From positions 1-64,000 of the forward strand of contig JBFWNS010000007.1 in NCBI GenBank assembly GCA_050250935.1: DNA of 64,000 nucleotides. The letters run 5' to 3'. Shown here piece after piece: positions 37,119-47,193 of the stretch (position 1 is the first letter of the stretch; every line of letters begins with the position of its first letter). The notes beneath the pieces were generated by a model, which searched no databases, was not told the origin of the DNA, and saw only the letters and a list, made by a program, of their open reading frames with translations. This DNA is from Candidatus Margulisiibacteriota bacterium. Lineage in GTDB: Bacteria; Margulisbacteria; Marinamargulisbacteria; JBFWNS01. Position numbers and translations under genes: made by a program.

Positions 37119-38405
37119 ATGTACCAACGCCTTAGAACTGCGGGCACAAAAGTGACCCAAGACGAACGAGAAAAACGCCGTATTATGCTGGTGAACAGCG
37201 TGTGTTTGTTTACCCTGATTCCGCCGGCTCTGTACTTTTTTGTGTTTCAATTTGCCCATGAACCTTTTTTGCAATGGATGACGATTCCGTTTGGATTGTC
37301 CTTTCTGATTCCCATTGTATTGAACCATTTTAACCGTACCATTGCGGCCAAATATGCCTGCGTTTTTTTGCTGAGTTTGGCCATTGTGATTTATAGCTCG
37401 TTGTTGGGAAAAGCTTCTGGTATTGGCTTGGTAACCTTTGCGGTTGCAGCCATTGCCGTGGTGGTTTTTGATCCCCAGCAACGCATCAAATTGAGTTTGT
37501 CTTTTTTGATTCCGGCTGCGACGTTTGTGTTTTTGGAAGTCACCCATTACCGCATTTTGCCCCGGGTTGTGATGGCCGATGCTTTTTTGGAAGTGTCTTA
37601 CATTTTAAGTATTTGTGTGACCTTTGGCTTAATTTTTGTGGTGTTGGCCTTTTTTACCTCTCAGCTGAACAAGGCCTATGAGATTTTAAAAACCCAGCGT
37701 CAAAAGCTGGATATGGCCGAACGCCACCAGGCCTATGCCCTTTTAACCCGGCACATTGCCCACGAACTTAAAAACCCTTTGGTGTCCATGCATGCCCAGG
37801 CCGAAGAATTCATTTATGCGGCTCAGCCGTCTTTGGACACGGCCAAAACCATGGCAGAGTTGATTATTAAGCAAGCCGAGCGCCTTAGTAAACTGATTTC
37901 CAGCATGTTGAAATATTCGGCTAAAAAACTGTCGACCGAAATGGTCAGTTTAAATCTGAATACCATCATTGCCGATTTGTTGGTGTTGTTCGAGGTTCAG
38001 GCCAGCCGAAAAATGGTGGGTTTGCAAGCCAAATTTGACCCTGAAATGCCAATGATGACGGGCAGCGACGATTTTATTCCCCAGGTTATTACCAATTTGG
38101 TGGCCAATGCCTTGGAATATACCCCAGCAGGGGGGCTGATTCGCATCGAAACGCGACAAGGAACCTTGCCTGGCAAAACCACGCCTTCGGCCATTATCGA
38201 GGTTTCGGATTCGGGGGTTGGGATTCCGGCCACCGATTTGCCCAAAATTTTTGAACCCTATTTTACTTCGAAGGCCCAAACCGAAAACGCGGGGTTGGGA
38301 TTGCCCTTGGTTAAGCGTATTGTCGAAGAACACCGGGGCATCATTCAGGTGAATAGCGAAGTTGGCAAAGGCACGTCATTTACGATTTTCCTGCCTGTAG
38401 GGTAA
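37119..38405 (+). CDS. Membrane sensor histidine kinase (no adjacent response regulator)
   Basis: About six TM helices; AHELKNPL, NLVANA, DSGVGI, FEPYFTSK and GLGL boxes. Confidence 0.93.
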   Translation: MYQRLRTAGTKVTQDEREKRRIMLVNSVCLFTLIPPALYFFVFQFAHEPFLQWMTIPFGLSFLIPIVLNHFNRTIAAKYACVFLLSLAIVIYSSLLGKASGIGLVTFAVAAIAVVVFDPQQRIKLSLSFLIPAATFVFLEVTHYRILPRVVMADAFLEVSYILSICVTFGLIFVVLAFFTSQLNKAYEILKTQRQKLDMAERHQAYALLTRHIAHELKNPLVSMHAQAEEFIYAAQPSLDTAKTMAELIIKQAERLSKLISSMLKYSAKKLSTEMVSLNLNTIIADLLVLFEVQASRKMVGLQAKFDPEMPMMTGSDDFIPQVITNLVANALEYTPAGGLIRIETRQGTLPGKTTPSAIIEVSDSGVGIPATDLPKIFEPYFTSKAQTENAGLGLPLVKRIVEEHRGIIQVNSEVGKGTSFTIFLPVG

Positions 38406-38415
38406 ACTCGAACCC

Positions 38416-39390
38416 ATGATTATTGTTACCGGTGGGGCAGGATTTATTGGCAGTGCGTTTGTGTGGCGGTGTAACCAGGCGGGGATTTCCGATATCTGGG
38501 TGGTCGACGATTTAAAAACCACAGACAATTGGCAGAATTTGGTTGCCCTTCGCTATCGCGAATACTCGCACAAAACCGATTTTATCGATCTTGTTTTGAA
38601 TCAAAAAATAGACCCTCAAACCATAACGGCCATTGTTCATATGGGGGCGTGTTCCGCAACCACCGAAACCGATGGTCATTTTTTAATGGAAAACAACTAT
38701 CGTTATACCCGGATTTTGGCCGAATGGGCTTTGGCCCATGGCATTCGGTTTATCTATGCCAGCAGTGCCGCAACCTTTGGCAATGGCGAGGCTGGTTTTG
38801 CGGATGATCATGACGTGATTCAGCATCTAAGACCCATTAATCGCTATGGCTATTCCAAGCAGTTTTTCGATTGGGTTGCCCTAGAAAATGGATGGCTCGA
38901 TCGGTTGGTGGGGCTGAAGTTTTTCAATGTGTTTGGACCCAACGAAGCCCATAAAGGGGATATGAAAAGTGTGGTGTGCAAAGCGTATTCTCAGATTCTC
39001 GATTCTGGGGAATTAAAATTGTTTAAATCGTATAAGCCCGACTATGCCGATGGCGGCCAGGTTCGGGATTTTGTGTATATCAAAGATGTGGTCGAGGTGA
39101 TGTGGTGGTTTTTGAACAACACGGTTGGTGGGATTTTTAACGTGGGAACAGGAAAAGCCCGCAGTTGGAACGATTTGGCTGGCGCGGTGTTTTCGGCCAT
39201 GAACAAACCCACACGCATTACCTATATCGACATGCCCGATAGCCTAAAAAACCAATATCAATATTTTACAGAAGCCCCTATGGACAAACTTCGCCAAGTG
39301 GGAGGGCCAGTGCCCCAAACAACTTTGGAAGCAGCGGTCCAAGACTATGTTCATGCCCATTTAAGCCAGGGCAAAGGGTTGGGCTGTTGA
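38416..39390 (+). CDS. hldD: ADP-L-glycero-D-manno-heptose 6-epimerase
   Basis: TGGAGFIGS, HMGACSATTE, YASSAA, YGYSK, FFNVFGPNEAHKGDM and YQYFTEA motifs. Confidence 0.95.
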   Translation: MIIVTGGAGFIGSAFVWRCNQAGISDIWVVDDLKTTDNWQNLVALRYREYSHKTDFIDLVLNQKIDPQTITAIVHMGACSATTETDGHFLMENNYRYTRILAEWALAHGIRFIYASSAATFGNGEAGFADDHDVIQHLRPINRYGYSKQFFDWVALENGWLDRLVGLKFFNVFGPNEAHKGDMKSVVCKAYSQILDSGELKLFKSYKPDYADGGQVRDFVYIKDVVEVMWWFLNNTVGGIFNVGTGKARSWNDLAGAVFSAMNKPTRITYIDMPDSLKNQYQYFTEAPMDKLRQVGGPVPQTTLEAAVQDYVHAHLSQGKGLGC

Positions 39391-40499
39391 GAAAAGTTGG
39401 CCTGGTTTTAACCGGTGGCGGTGCCCGGGGGGCCTATCAGGCTGGGGCGCTTCGGGCCATTAACGACATTATTGCCGATATGGACAATCCCCATCCGTTT
39501 CAAATTTTAACGGGAACCAGTGCCGGTGCCATTAATGTTGGATTTTTGGCGTCTCATGGCGAACAGTTTTCGGCTTCTACCCAAACCTTGCAATATTTGT
39601 GGGAATCCATGACCACCGAAAAGGTGTTTAAAATCGACCTTAAAACCCTCATCAAAATTGCCTCGCATTGGGTTTGGGATTTGTCGACCGGTAGTTTTAA
39701 CAAAACCAAAATGGCCAGGGCCTTGTTGGATACCGAGCCCTTGTATCATCTGATTCACCGTGAATTTAACCCCGTTGGTATTCATAACAACCTTCAACAG
39801 GGTTTTCTGGACAGTGTTGCCATTACAGCTGTGAACTATGCCACAGGCAGTAGCCGAACGTTTTTTCAAGGCAAAGGAACCCCATGGCAGCGCAACCGGC
39901 GCAGTGGGGAATCGGTGGTTTTGACCCCCAAGCACATCATGGCTTCTGCGGCATTGCCCTTGTTGTTTCCACCGGTGCAATTGGCGGATAACGACTATTA
40001 TGGGGATGGGAGTTTGCGCAACTATACCCCTTTAAGCCCAGCGATTCATTTGGGGGCCGAAAAATTAATGGTGATTGGGGTTCGCAGAGACGATGGCGAT
40101 GCCCCTATTGTCGGCGATCATTTCCCCAGTGTTGCCCGGATGCTGAGCGTGGTTTTGAATTCGATTTTGTTGGATGCCATCGATTTGGACTTTGAACGGA
40201 TGAGCCGCATTAATACCACCTTGTCCAAATTGCCCGATCAAACCAATACCAGCTTAAGGCCCATCGATGTTTGTATGTTGCGTCCCTCCGAAGATTTGGG
40301 TCGTATGGCCACCTTGGATTCCAAAAAAATGCCGGCCACCATCCGCTATTTGGTGCGGGGGTTGGGCAGCACCCACGAAGCCTCGGATCTGATCAGCTAT
40401 CTCTTGTTTGAGCCTGAATTTATAGACAAACTGATTCAGCTGGGCTACCAAGATACCCTTAAAAAAGCCGATGAAATTCGAACTTTTTTCTCGGAATAG
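39387..40499 (+). CDS. Patatin-like phospholipase
   Basis: GGGARG, GTSAG and DGS motifs. Confidence 0.92.
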   Translation: MRKVGLVLTGGGARGAYQAGALRAINDIIADMDNPHPFQILTGTSAGAINVGFLASHGEQFSASTQTLQYLWESMTTEKVFKIDLKTLIKIASHWVWDLSTGSFNKTKMARALLDTEPLYHLIHREFNPVGIHNNLQQGFLDSVAITAVNYATGSSRTFFQGKGTPWQRNRRSGESVVLTPKHIMASAALPLLFPPVQLADNDYYGDGSLRNYTPLSPAIHLGAEKLMVIGVRRDDGDAPIVGDHFPSVARMLSVVLNSILLDAIDLDFERMSRINTTLSKLPDQTNTSLRPIDVCMLRPSEDLGRMATLDSKKMPATIRYLVRGLGSTHEASDLISYLLFEPEFIDKLIQLGYQDTLKKADEIRTFFSE

Positions 40500-40568
40500 C
40501 GCTTTGTAGCAACTGGTTTTGAATGCAGGTATATACAGGTGGGTTGCTTTTCCGATAGAATTTTGGAC

Positions 40569-41471
40569 ATGCAAACCCAAGAACGTGTGTGGATCTTTAG
40601 CTTGATGGTGTTGTTTTTGCTGGCCATGGGGGTCTCTGTTTTTGCCCCTCAGATCCGCAAAACCTTGCCTTTGAAAACCGAATTTCAGCCCTCGAAAGGG
40701 GTGGGGGTCTTGTATGTTTATGGACCCTTGGAAACCGAAGCTTCGGGGGGATTTTTTGATCCTTCGGGTACCGATTCTTTAATCGATGCGTTGGAAGATA
40801 TGAAAACCAATCCCCGGGTTAAAGCCTTGGTCCTGCGCATCAACAGCCCGGGTGGGACGGTGGGCGCTTCTCAAGAACTGTTTCGGGAATTGGACCGGTT
40901 TAAACGAGAAACCCATAAACCCATTGTGGTCTCAATTGCCGATATGGGCACATCGGGTGCCTATTGGGTGGCCTTGTCTGGGGATAAAATTTTAGCCAAT
41001 CCCGGCAGCATGGTGGGCAATATTGGGGTGATTATGGGCAACTACGATTTGTCCGACTTGCAACAAAAATTTGGCATTGGTTTTAATACCATCAAAAGTG
41101 GTCCATACAAAGATGTGTTGTCCAGCTGGCGTAAACTGACACCAAACGATAAAGCGGTCTTGCAGGCCATGATTCAAGATGTGTACGAGCAGTTTGTGAA
41201 CCAAGTCAAAGTGTCCCGAAAATTGTCCGATCAAAGGGCTCACGATTTGTCGGATGGCCGCATTTATACCGGTCGTCAGGCCAAAGAAGCGGGATTGATC
41301 GACGGCTTTGGTGGGCTAAACGATGCCATTACCTTGGCCGGGTCTTTGGCTGGCATCAAAGGGAAACCCGACATTATTTCCAACGACCATTCGCCGGCCT
41401 TTAATTGGCGGCAATTGCTTAGAAACCAAGCCGTGTTTCAGGGGCAGGGCCCCATCAGGGGATTTCAATGA
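40569..41471 (+). CDS. sppA: Signal peptide peptidase SppA (36K type)
   Basis: RINSPGG, SGAYW, GNIGV, KSGPYKD and DGRIYTGRQA motifs. Confidence 0.93.
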   Translation: MQTQERVWIFSLMVLFLLAMGVSVFAPQIRKTLPLKTEFQPSKGVGVLYVYGPLETEASGGFFDPSGTDSLIDALEDMKTNPRVKALVLRINSPGGTVGASQELFRELDRFKRETHKPIVVSIADMGTSGAYWVALSGDKILANPGSMVGNIGVIMGNYDLSDLQQKFGIGFNTIKSGPYKDVLSSWRKLTPNDKAVLQAMIQDVYEQFVNQVKVSRKLSDQRAHDLSDGRIYTGRQAKEAGLIDGFGGLNDAITLAGSLAGIKGKPDIISNDHSPAFNWRQLLRNQAVFQGQGPIRGFQ

Positions 41472-42016
41472 ATTTGCTGTATCGCTATTTGGTTGCGCCT
41501 TGTTCTACCCTGGAGGCCAATGGTGGCCGAGTGCCCATGACAGAAGGTTTGGTCGTGGTGGGATTGTTGGCCCTGTCTTGGTGTTTAACCCCCGAAATTG
41601 GTGGCTATTTTACACTGGCTTTGTTGTCGGCACTGAGTGTTGGGGCTTTTATTTTGATTGGGGTCTTTATTCAGGCTGTAACCTTGGATTTTGTGGCCCA
41701 ATGGATGGGATTTAAAGCCCAAAGCAAAGCCTTGTTTGCTTGGTTTTGTTTGGGGTTAATGCCTTTGTTGTTGGGGGGGATTATTGGGGTGTTTGAACCT
41801 TTTTTGCCGACCTTGGTGGGAATGATCCATCTGGGACTTTGCTTGGGTGTGATGGTTTTGCAGTGGCAGACGTTAAGGGTGTTGTATGGGGCAAGCCCGG
41901 GGAAAACAACGGTTATCTATTTGTTTCCGGGTCTGATTTTTTTGTTGATTTCGGTCTTTTTAACCGTTTTGCTGATGGGCGTTGGGGTTGCCAGTATGGC
42001 CTCGGTGTTTAACTGA
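41468..42016 (+). CDS. Yip1-like membrane protein
   Basis: Five hydrophobic segments; translationally coupled to sppA and ispF. Confidence 0.65.
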   Translation: MNLLYRYLVAPCSTLEANGGRVPMTEGLVVVGLLALSWCLTPEIGGYFTLALLSALSVGAFILIGVFIQAVTLDFVAQWMGFKAQSKALFAWFCLGLMPLLLGGIIGVFEPFLPTLVGMIHLGLCLGVMVLQWQTLRVLYGASPGKTTVIYLFPGLIFLLISVFLTVLLMGVGVASMASVFN

Positions 42017-42492
42017 TGCGAATCGGCATGGGTGTGGATGCCCACCGGCTGGTCGAAGGACGCCCCCTCATTTTGGGTGGCATCGCCATTCCCCATCACA
42101 AAGGCTTGTTGGGGCACAGCGACGCCGATGTCCTGACCCACGTTATTATCGATGCCATTATCGGTGCCCTGTGTTTGGGGTCTATTGGCGTCTTATTTCC
42201 CGACACCGATCCCCAGTACAAAGGCATTTCCAGTCTAAAGCTCTTGTCGTTTGTGGTTGAGAAAATGAAGATGGCCGGGTACCGCATCGGCAACGTCGAT
42301 ACGGTGGTTGTGGCCCAAGAACCCAAACTAAAATCGCATATGGAGGCCATGAGAACCTCTTTGGCCAAGGTTCTAGAGGCTTCTCCAACGGATGTCTCTG
42401 TCAAAGCCACCACCACAGAAACCTTGGGGTTTGAAGGCCGCCAAGAAGGCATTTCGGCCCATGCTGTGGTTTTATTGCTCCCTCTTTCATGA
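42016..42492 (+). CDS. ispF: 2-C-methyl-D-erythritol 2,4-cyclodiphosphate synthase
   Basis: [22 protein letters not shown] and KATTTE.LGF.GR.EG motifs. Confidence 0.96.
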   Translation: MRIGMGVDAHRLVEGRPLILGGIAIPHHKGLLGHSDADVLTHVIIDAIIGALCLGSIGVLFPDTDPQYKGISSLKLLSFVVEKMKMAGYRIGNVDTVVVAQEPKLKSHMEAMRTSLAKVLEASPTDVSVKATTTETLGFEGRQEGISAHAVVLLLPLS

Positions 42493-43250
42493 TTATTAGT
42501 GTGGATAATGCCCAGCTTAAACGGCTGAGGTGGTTGCTTTCCGATGCCAAGGTTCGCCAGGCCGAACAAGCGTTTGTAATCGAAGGTAAAACCCCGGTGG
42601 CCGATGTGCTTAACCGGTTTCCGTCTCGCATTGAGGTGTTGTTTGTCTCCCACGAATCGACAGCCGACTGGCCGTCTTCGGCTGTGGTGGTGGCCGATAA
42701 GGTCTTGCAACACTGCTCTACCCTGGCCCATGGGACGGAAGCCATGGCCATTGTGTCGCTTCCCCAAGGATCTTTGGTGGAAATGCTTGCGTGCCCGAGG
42801 CCTTTGGTGCTCTTGGATGCGGTTCAAAAACCAGACAATGTCGGGGCCATTTTACGGTCTGCTGCTGCGTTTGGGGTTGGAGGGGTGTTGTGTGGGCCGG
42901 GAACGGCGGATCCTTTTCATCCGGTGTCGGTTCGGGCCATGGGGGGGAATGTGTTCCAGTGTCCCATTGCCAAAGTGCGTTTGGACGATGCTGTGGCTTT
43001 AAAGTCTCGGCCTTGGTTTTGTTTGGCGCCTCAGGCTACTCGCGATTTTTCCGAAGTCGAAGGGTCTGTTCTGGGATGGATTTTGGGCAACGAGGCCACA
43101 GGTGTTTCGGCCCAATGGCAGACGGCCTTGTCTACAACGTCCCTGCGAATTCCCATGGATCCTGGTGTCGACTCGCTCAATGTGGCGGTGGGGGCGGGGA
43201 TTGTTTTTTTTGAGTGGTTTAAAAATCAGTCGAAATTGGGCATACTGTAG
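42489..43250 (+). CDS. TrmH/SpoU-family RNA methyltransferase
   Basis: [18 protein letters not shown] and IPM..VDSLNVA motifs. Confidence 0.9.
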   Translation: MIISVDNAQLKRLRWLLSDAKVRQAEQAFVIEGKTPVADVLNRFPSRIEVLFVSHESTADWPSSAVVVADKVLQHCSTLAHGTEAMAIVSLPQGSLVEMLACPRPLVLLDAVQKPDNVGAILRSAAAFGVGGVLCGPGTADPFHPVSVRAMGGNVFQCPIAKVRLDDAVALKSRPWFCLAPQATRDFSEVEGSVLGWILGNEATGVSAQWQTALSTTSLRIPMDPGVDSLNVAVGAGIVFFEWFKNQSKLGIL

Positions 43251-43253
43251 ACC

Positions 43254-43898
43254 ATGGGACTTGGGGCAATTACACCTAATTTTATCCCCCGGCAAATTCA
43301 AAATGTCGAGGCTCAAGAGACGGCTGCAGAAGCTGTTTCCCAACGGGCTGTCCAAGAAATTGTTCAAGATCTTAAAGAGGTCTTAAGCGCGGTTCGAGAC
43401 GCCAATCTGGACCTTAAAGAAGAGGTCACCGCTGGGGTTACCAAAAGACAGCTGAGCAATACCAAAGACGAAGGGCTACACGGCACCATTGCCGAGCAAA
43501 AGCAACAAGCCCTGCAGCGCACCCAGGAAATGGCTCGCCAAGAGCAAATGCAATTTGGCAAACAAAATCAAAATTCAGAAGCCATCAAAGAAGAAATGGC
43601 CGCTTTTTTGGCCACGGACGAGGTGGATCGTAAAACCAAGGCCAAGAAAACCAAGTTTGAAGAGCGCCTCGAGAAATTGGCTCGCCTAAAAGACGTGATC
43701 GATGTGAATCAACTTTCTGGCGAAGACAAACAAGTGGTTGAAGAGTTTTTGGGTAATTTGAATACCATTCAGAACAAACGCGGCGAATTGAAGCGGTTGG
43801 AATCCCAGGAAGTGTATTACGAAGAGCTTCTTGAAAAGAAAAAAGAGCAAGACGAGCGGGATCGCCAACGCCAGCAAGCCCAAGAGAAAAAGGACTAG
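43254..43898 (+). CDS. Hypothetical coiled-coil protein
   Basis: 214-aa Glu/Lys/Gln-rich ORF with host-like codon style. Confidence 0.75.
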   Translation: MGLGAITPNFIPRQIQNVEAQETAAEAVSQRAVQEIVQDLKEVLSAVRDANLDLKEEVTAGVTKRQLSNTKDEGLHGTIAEQKQQALQRTQEMARQEQMQFGKQNQNSEAIKEEMAAFLATDEVDRKTKAKKTKFEERLEKLARLKDVIDVNQLSGEDKQVVEEFLGNLNTIQNKRGELKRLESQEVYYEELLEKKKEQDERDRQRQQAQEKKD

Positions 43899-43901
43899 GT
43901 T

Positions 43902-44207
43902 GTGGCCAAGAAAAGCCTCAGTAAACAACAGGTTAAAGGCATTATTCCCTTCTTAAAGGAATTCAATGGCCTGTCCCGGGTGTTTATTTCTTTATTGAAT
44001 CAAAATGTAGCCGTTAAACGCGAACGGGTTTCCCGCATTGCGGTCATGGTCAGCGACATTGCCAAGCCCGAAGTTCGCCATACCATTAACATCCAAACCG
44101 TGGACATGCGCAATACCACTGTAAAACGGGTGGGCGAAACCAGTTACAATCAAAAAATGGACTGGGAAGCCGACTTTTTAAAGCAGAGGCGGAAGTTTAT
44201 TATTTAG
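43902..44207 (+). CDS. Hypothetical basic protein
   Basis: 101 aa; starts 3 nt after the previous stop; AAAGGA RBS. Confidence 0.7.
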   Translation: MAKKSLSKQQVKGIIPFLKEFNGLSRVFISLLNQNVAVKRERVSRIAVMVSDIAKPEVRHTINIQTVDMRNTTVKRVGETSYNQKMDWEADFLKQRRKFII

Positions 44208-44241
44208 GCGATGCGTAAATAATTTATAGATATTTTTTCTA

Positions 44242-44270
44242 TTTCAAATAGTTTATGACTTTGTTAGAAT
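44242..44270 (+). promoter_or_regulatory. sigma70 promoter of the putative type I toxin mRNA
   Basis: TTTCAA-17-TAGAAT with an extended -10 (TGT TAGAAT). Confidence 0.65.
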
Positions 44271-44338
44271 CAAAGCAAAAGCCACAGGGCAACGCCTCTT
44301 CCCCGGATCAAAGCACCGGTCACAGTCCACAGGAAGGG

Positions 44339-44428
44339 GTGATAGAGGTAGAAAAAATCAAAAAAATAGCCGCGATTTTACTCATCGCGGCCATTATCCT
44401 AGTACTGACCTCGAACGTCCTACACTAG
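44339..44428 (+). CDS. Putative type I toxin peptide (MIEVEKIKKIAAILLIAAIILVLTSNVLH)
   Basis: 29 codons; basic residues followed by one TM helix; GGAAGGGGTGA SD-like element paired by an upstream anti-SD; start codon ambiguous. Confidence 0.62.
   Translation: MIEVEKIKKIAAILLIAAIILVLTSNVLH
44360..44391 (-). terminator. Intrinsic terminator (antisense sRNA and/or mnmE operon)
   Basis: GCCGCGAT-gagtaaa-ATCGCGGC followed by TATTTTTTT on the minus strand. Confidence 0.75.
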
Positions 44429-44466
44429 GTTGCTCGACGGGTTTGTGGCTTTTCCCGTCTCTGTAT
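44360..44466 (-). ncRNA. Putative antisense antitoxin sRNA (about 105 nt)
   Basis: Bounded by its own sigma70 promoter and an intrinsic terminator; overlaps the toxin ORF and its 3' UTR. Confidence 0.6.
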
Positions 44467-44471
44467 TTTTC

Positions 44472-44499
44472 ATTATACCTGACAAAATTACAAACGCAA
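44472..44499 (-). promoter_or_regulatory. sigma70 promoter of the antisense sRNA
   Basis: TTGCGT-16-TATAAT on the minus strand. Confidence 0.7.
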
Positions 44500-44501
44500 C
44501 C

Positions 44502-45860
44502 TCATTTCCCCACACAAAACCGAGAAAAAATGCCGTCTAGAATTTCTTCGGTAAAGGCGTGGCCGGTGATTTCCCCCAGCTTTTGAACCGCTTGTTTAAG
44601 GTCTAGGGCGAGTACATCGTCTTCAAGCCCAGAGCCCAGATTGGCCAAAAAGTGGCGTAGGTCTTGGGACACACTGGCCAAGCAGGCTGTTTGACGGGCG
44701 TTACAAATCAAATTGAGGTCGGATTTTTCGAGGGTCTGGGTAAAGTCGTGGTGCAGCCGAGCTTTAAAGTGGTCCATCCCCGCACCCGTTTTGGCCGAGA
44801 TGGGTAAAACCGGACGGTTTTGGGGCAGATTTTGAATACGGGTGGGCCGATCACATTTGTTTTGCAAAATGTAAACGGTGGGGTGGTGCTTGATTTGGGC
44901 ATAGATGGCTTTGTCTGCCGAAGACAGAGGCTTGGAGCCATCCACCATCCAAAAAATAACCTGGGCGGTTTTAAGCAGGGTTTTGATTTTTTTCATGCCC
45001 AGCTTTTCGATGTAGTCGCTGGTTTTTTCGCGGATGCCTGCTGTATCAATCACATCAAAGACCAGGCCGCCCAAACTGAGTCTGGCTTCGATGAAGTCGC
45101 GGGTGGTGCCGGCTTTGGCACTGACTATGGCCCGATTTTCGCCTAACAATTGGTTTAAAAACGAGGATTTTCCGACATTGGGTTGGCCCACAATCACGCA
45201 GCTGACCCCGTCGGAAATCCATTTGCCAAAATCTTGGGTGGCCAAAAGTTTGGAGACTTCGTCAAGCAAGGTGGTACAGGTTTGGGCGACGGCGTGGTGG
45301 TCGATGGCCTCGACTTCGTCTGGAAAATCGATAGAGCCTTCCACTTGTTCGAGAATACGTAACAGGCTTTCACGAATCCCGTGAATGTGGGTATACAGTT
45401 TGCCATGAAGATGATTCAGGGCCACGGCTTGGGCTTTTTGGCTGTTGGCGTGTATCAGTTCGCCCACCGATTCCGCTTTGGTCAGGTCGAGTTTGCCGTG
45501 TAAAAAAGCCCGTTCTGTAAACTCCCCGGGTTTGGCCAGGCGGGCACCCAGTTCCAAGCAGAGACCCAAAACCTGATTCAAAATTAGGGGATTGCCGTGG
45601 CAGTGAAATTCCACCACCGATTCGCCCGTGTAAGAATGGGGTTGCTCAAAAAAGAGCAAACACCCGTCGTCGACGGCATCTTTTGTGGTGGGGTGGGTCA
45701 GGGTTCCGTAATAGAGGTATCGGGGTTTGGGGATGGTTTTAAGGGGAAACAATTGGGTGGCAATGGACAAAGCCTGATTGCCAGAAAGTCGAATAATGCC
45801 AATGCCGCCTATCCCCAACGGGGTGGCAATGGCGGCAATGGTGTCCAGTTCTAGTGCCAG
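44502..45860 (-). CDS. mnmE: tRNA modification GTPase MnmE (probable CTG start)
   Basis: DTIAAIATP, IIRLSG, PGEFTERAF, GQPNVGKSS, GTTRD, DTAG, NKCD and FCVGK motifs. Confidence 0.96.
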   Translation of the reverse strand: MALELDTIAAIATPLGIGGIGIIRLSGNQALSIATQLFPLKTIPKPRYLYYGTLTHPTTKDAVDDGCLLFFEQPHSYTGESVVEFHCHGNPLILNQVLGLCLELGARLAKPGEFTERAFLHGKLDLTKAESVGELIHANSQKAQAVALNHLHGKLYTHIHGIRESLLRILEQVEGSIDFPDEVEAIDHHAVAQTCTTLLDEVSKLLATQDFGKWISDGVSCVIVGQPNVGKSSFLNQLLGENRAIVSAKAGTTRDFIEARLSLGGLVFDVIDTAGIREKTSDYIEKLGMKKIKTLLKTAQVIFWMVDGSKPLSSADKAIYAQIKHHPTVYILQNKCDRPTRIQNLPQNRPVLPISAKTGAGMDHFKARLHHDFTQTLEKSDLNLICNARQTACLASVSQDLRHFLANLGSGLEDDVLALDLKQAVQKLGEITGHAFTEEILDGIFSRFCVGK

Positions 45861-45866
45861 AAAAAG

Positions 45867-46499
45867 CTAGCCTTTTCTCTTTTCCAAAACCACGTGACGG
45901 ATTAATCCATCGCCCACACTAAACGAGCGGATGCGGGTATCGTTTTGAAACAACATGTGTACCATGCGCCGTTCGGTGGCATTCATGGGACGCAGTTCGG
46001 CTTTTCGGCCATTTTCGATGACTTGTTTGGCGGCTTTGATGGCTTGGGCACGGAGGGTTTGCTCCCGTTTTTTGCGGTAATCTCCCGCATCGATCACCAC
46101 TTGCATGGATTCGCCAAGGGCTTTGTAAGAAAAGGCTTTTAACAAGGTTTGCAAAGCTTCGAGGGTGACCCCATCTTTGCCAATTAAGCGGCCGGTGTCT
46201 AAATCGTTGACGATGTCGAAAAACAGGCTGGTCTCTGTGCGGTTAACCAATTCCACTTGGCCCGTAAAACCAGAGAGGCGCAAAATTTCTTCAAGCTTTT
46301 GTTTGCAAAAGTCTGACAATGGGGTTGGGGTGGTGTTTCGAGGGGCTTCGGTTGTTGTATCTTGAAAATCGTCGCCAAATACTGTGGCTTCGGCCTCTTT
46401 TTGGGTTTGTTCTAGGGCATAGTCCCGTTGCTGTTTTTCTTCTTCAGAAATGGCTTTGCTTCGGGTGAAAAAACTAAAAAAACCACGTCGTTCTGACAT
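45867..46499 (-). CDS. jag: Jag/EloR (KhpB) RNA-binding protein (KH plus R3H)
   Basis: LIGKDG.TLEALQ and PMNATERRMVH motifs; located between yidC and mnmE. Confidence 0.9.
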   Translation of the reverse strand: MSERRGFFSFFTRSKAISEEEKQQRDYALEQTQKEAEATVFGDDFQDTTTEAPRNTTPTPLSDFCKQKLEEILRLSGFTGQVELVNRTETSLFFDIVNDLDTGRLIGKDGVTLEALQTLLKAFSYKALGESMQVVIDAGDYRKKREQTLRAQAIKAAKQVIENGRKAELRPMNATERRMVHMLFQNDTRIRSFSVGDGLIRHVVLEKRKG

Positions 46500-46515
46500 T
46501 GTTAATTCTCCTTAA

Positions 46516-47193
46516 TTAAGACTCTGTATTCGTTTTCATAACCCACAGTTGATGGGCAGTGGACAGAAGCTGAGAGGCTGCCCAGTACAGCAAAACCCCA
46601 GCAGGCATTTTAATGGATACAAAAAACATCACGACGGGCATGAAGATAAACAATGCGGCTTGTTTGGGGTCGGTAATAAACAGTTTTTGAGACCAATACG
46701 TCGAAGCGGCAATCAAGACTGGCAAAATAAAGGTGTGATCGGGAATGCCCAAGCTGGGAATCCAAGCGAATTGAGGAAAAAATGGAATGGTGCCAACGGG
46801 GAATAATCCAGGATTAACGCCGGGTTGAGCAATCAAGGCTTGGAATAAAGGACTTTTAATGGTGTAAAAAATGGCAAAAAAGACGGGAAGCTGGATTAAG
46901 GCTGGCAAACAACCACCGAAGGGATTTGCATTGTTTTCTTTCCAAACGCGCATCATTTCTTTTTGGAGTTTTTCGGGTTGGCCTTTGTATTTTTCTTGAA
47001 TGTCTTTGATGAGGGGTTGGATTTTTTGATTCACCAACATGGCTTTGAATTGTTTTTGGGTGAGGGGAATAAAGAGCAGTTTAACCAATAAAGTCAGCAT
47101 TAAAATGGCGACGCCATAGTTTGGAATAACGCTATAGGAAAACTTCAAAAAGGGGATCATTATTTGTTCGACAAGAACGTGAAAAAGGTTCAT
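46516..47193 (-). CDS. yidC: Membrane protein insertase YidC (short form)
   Basis: NYGVAI, NPFGGCLP.LIQLP and PAGVLLYW motifs. Confidence 0.94.
   Translation of the reverse strand: MNLFHVLVEQIMIPFLKFSYSVIPNYGVAILMLTLLVKLLFIPLTQKQFKAMLVNQKIQPLIKDIQEKYKGQPEKLQKEMMRVWKENNANPFGGCLPALIQLPVFFAIFYTIKSPLFQALIAQPGVNPGLFPVGTIPFFPQFAWIPSLGIPDHTFILPVLIAASTYWSQKLFITDPKQAALFIFMPVVMFFVSIKMPAGVLLYWAASQLLSTAHQLWVMKTNTES

Noticed and set aside
42096..42827. 243-aa minus-strand ORF, and similar long ORFs at 31716-32414, 33173-33811 and 62875-63549
   Set aside because: They are antisense to or overlap well-supported genes, consistent with codon-bias shadows.
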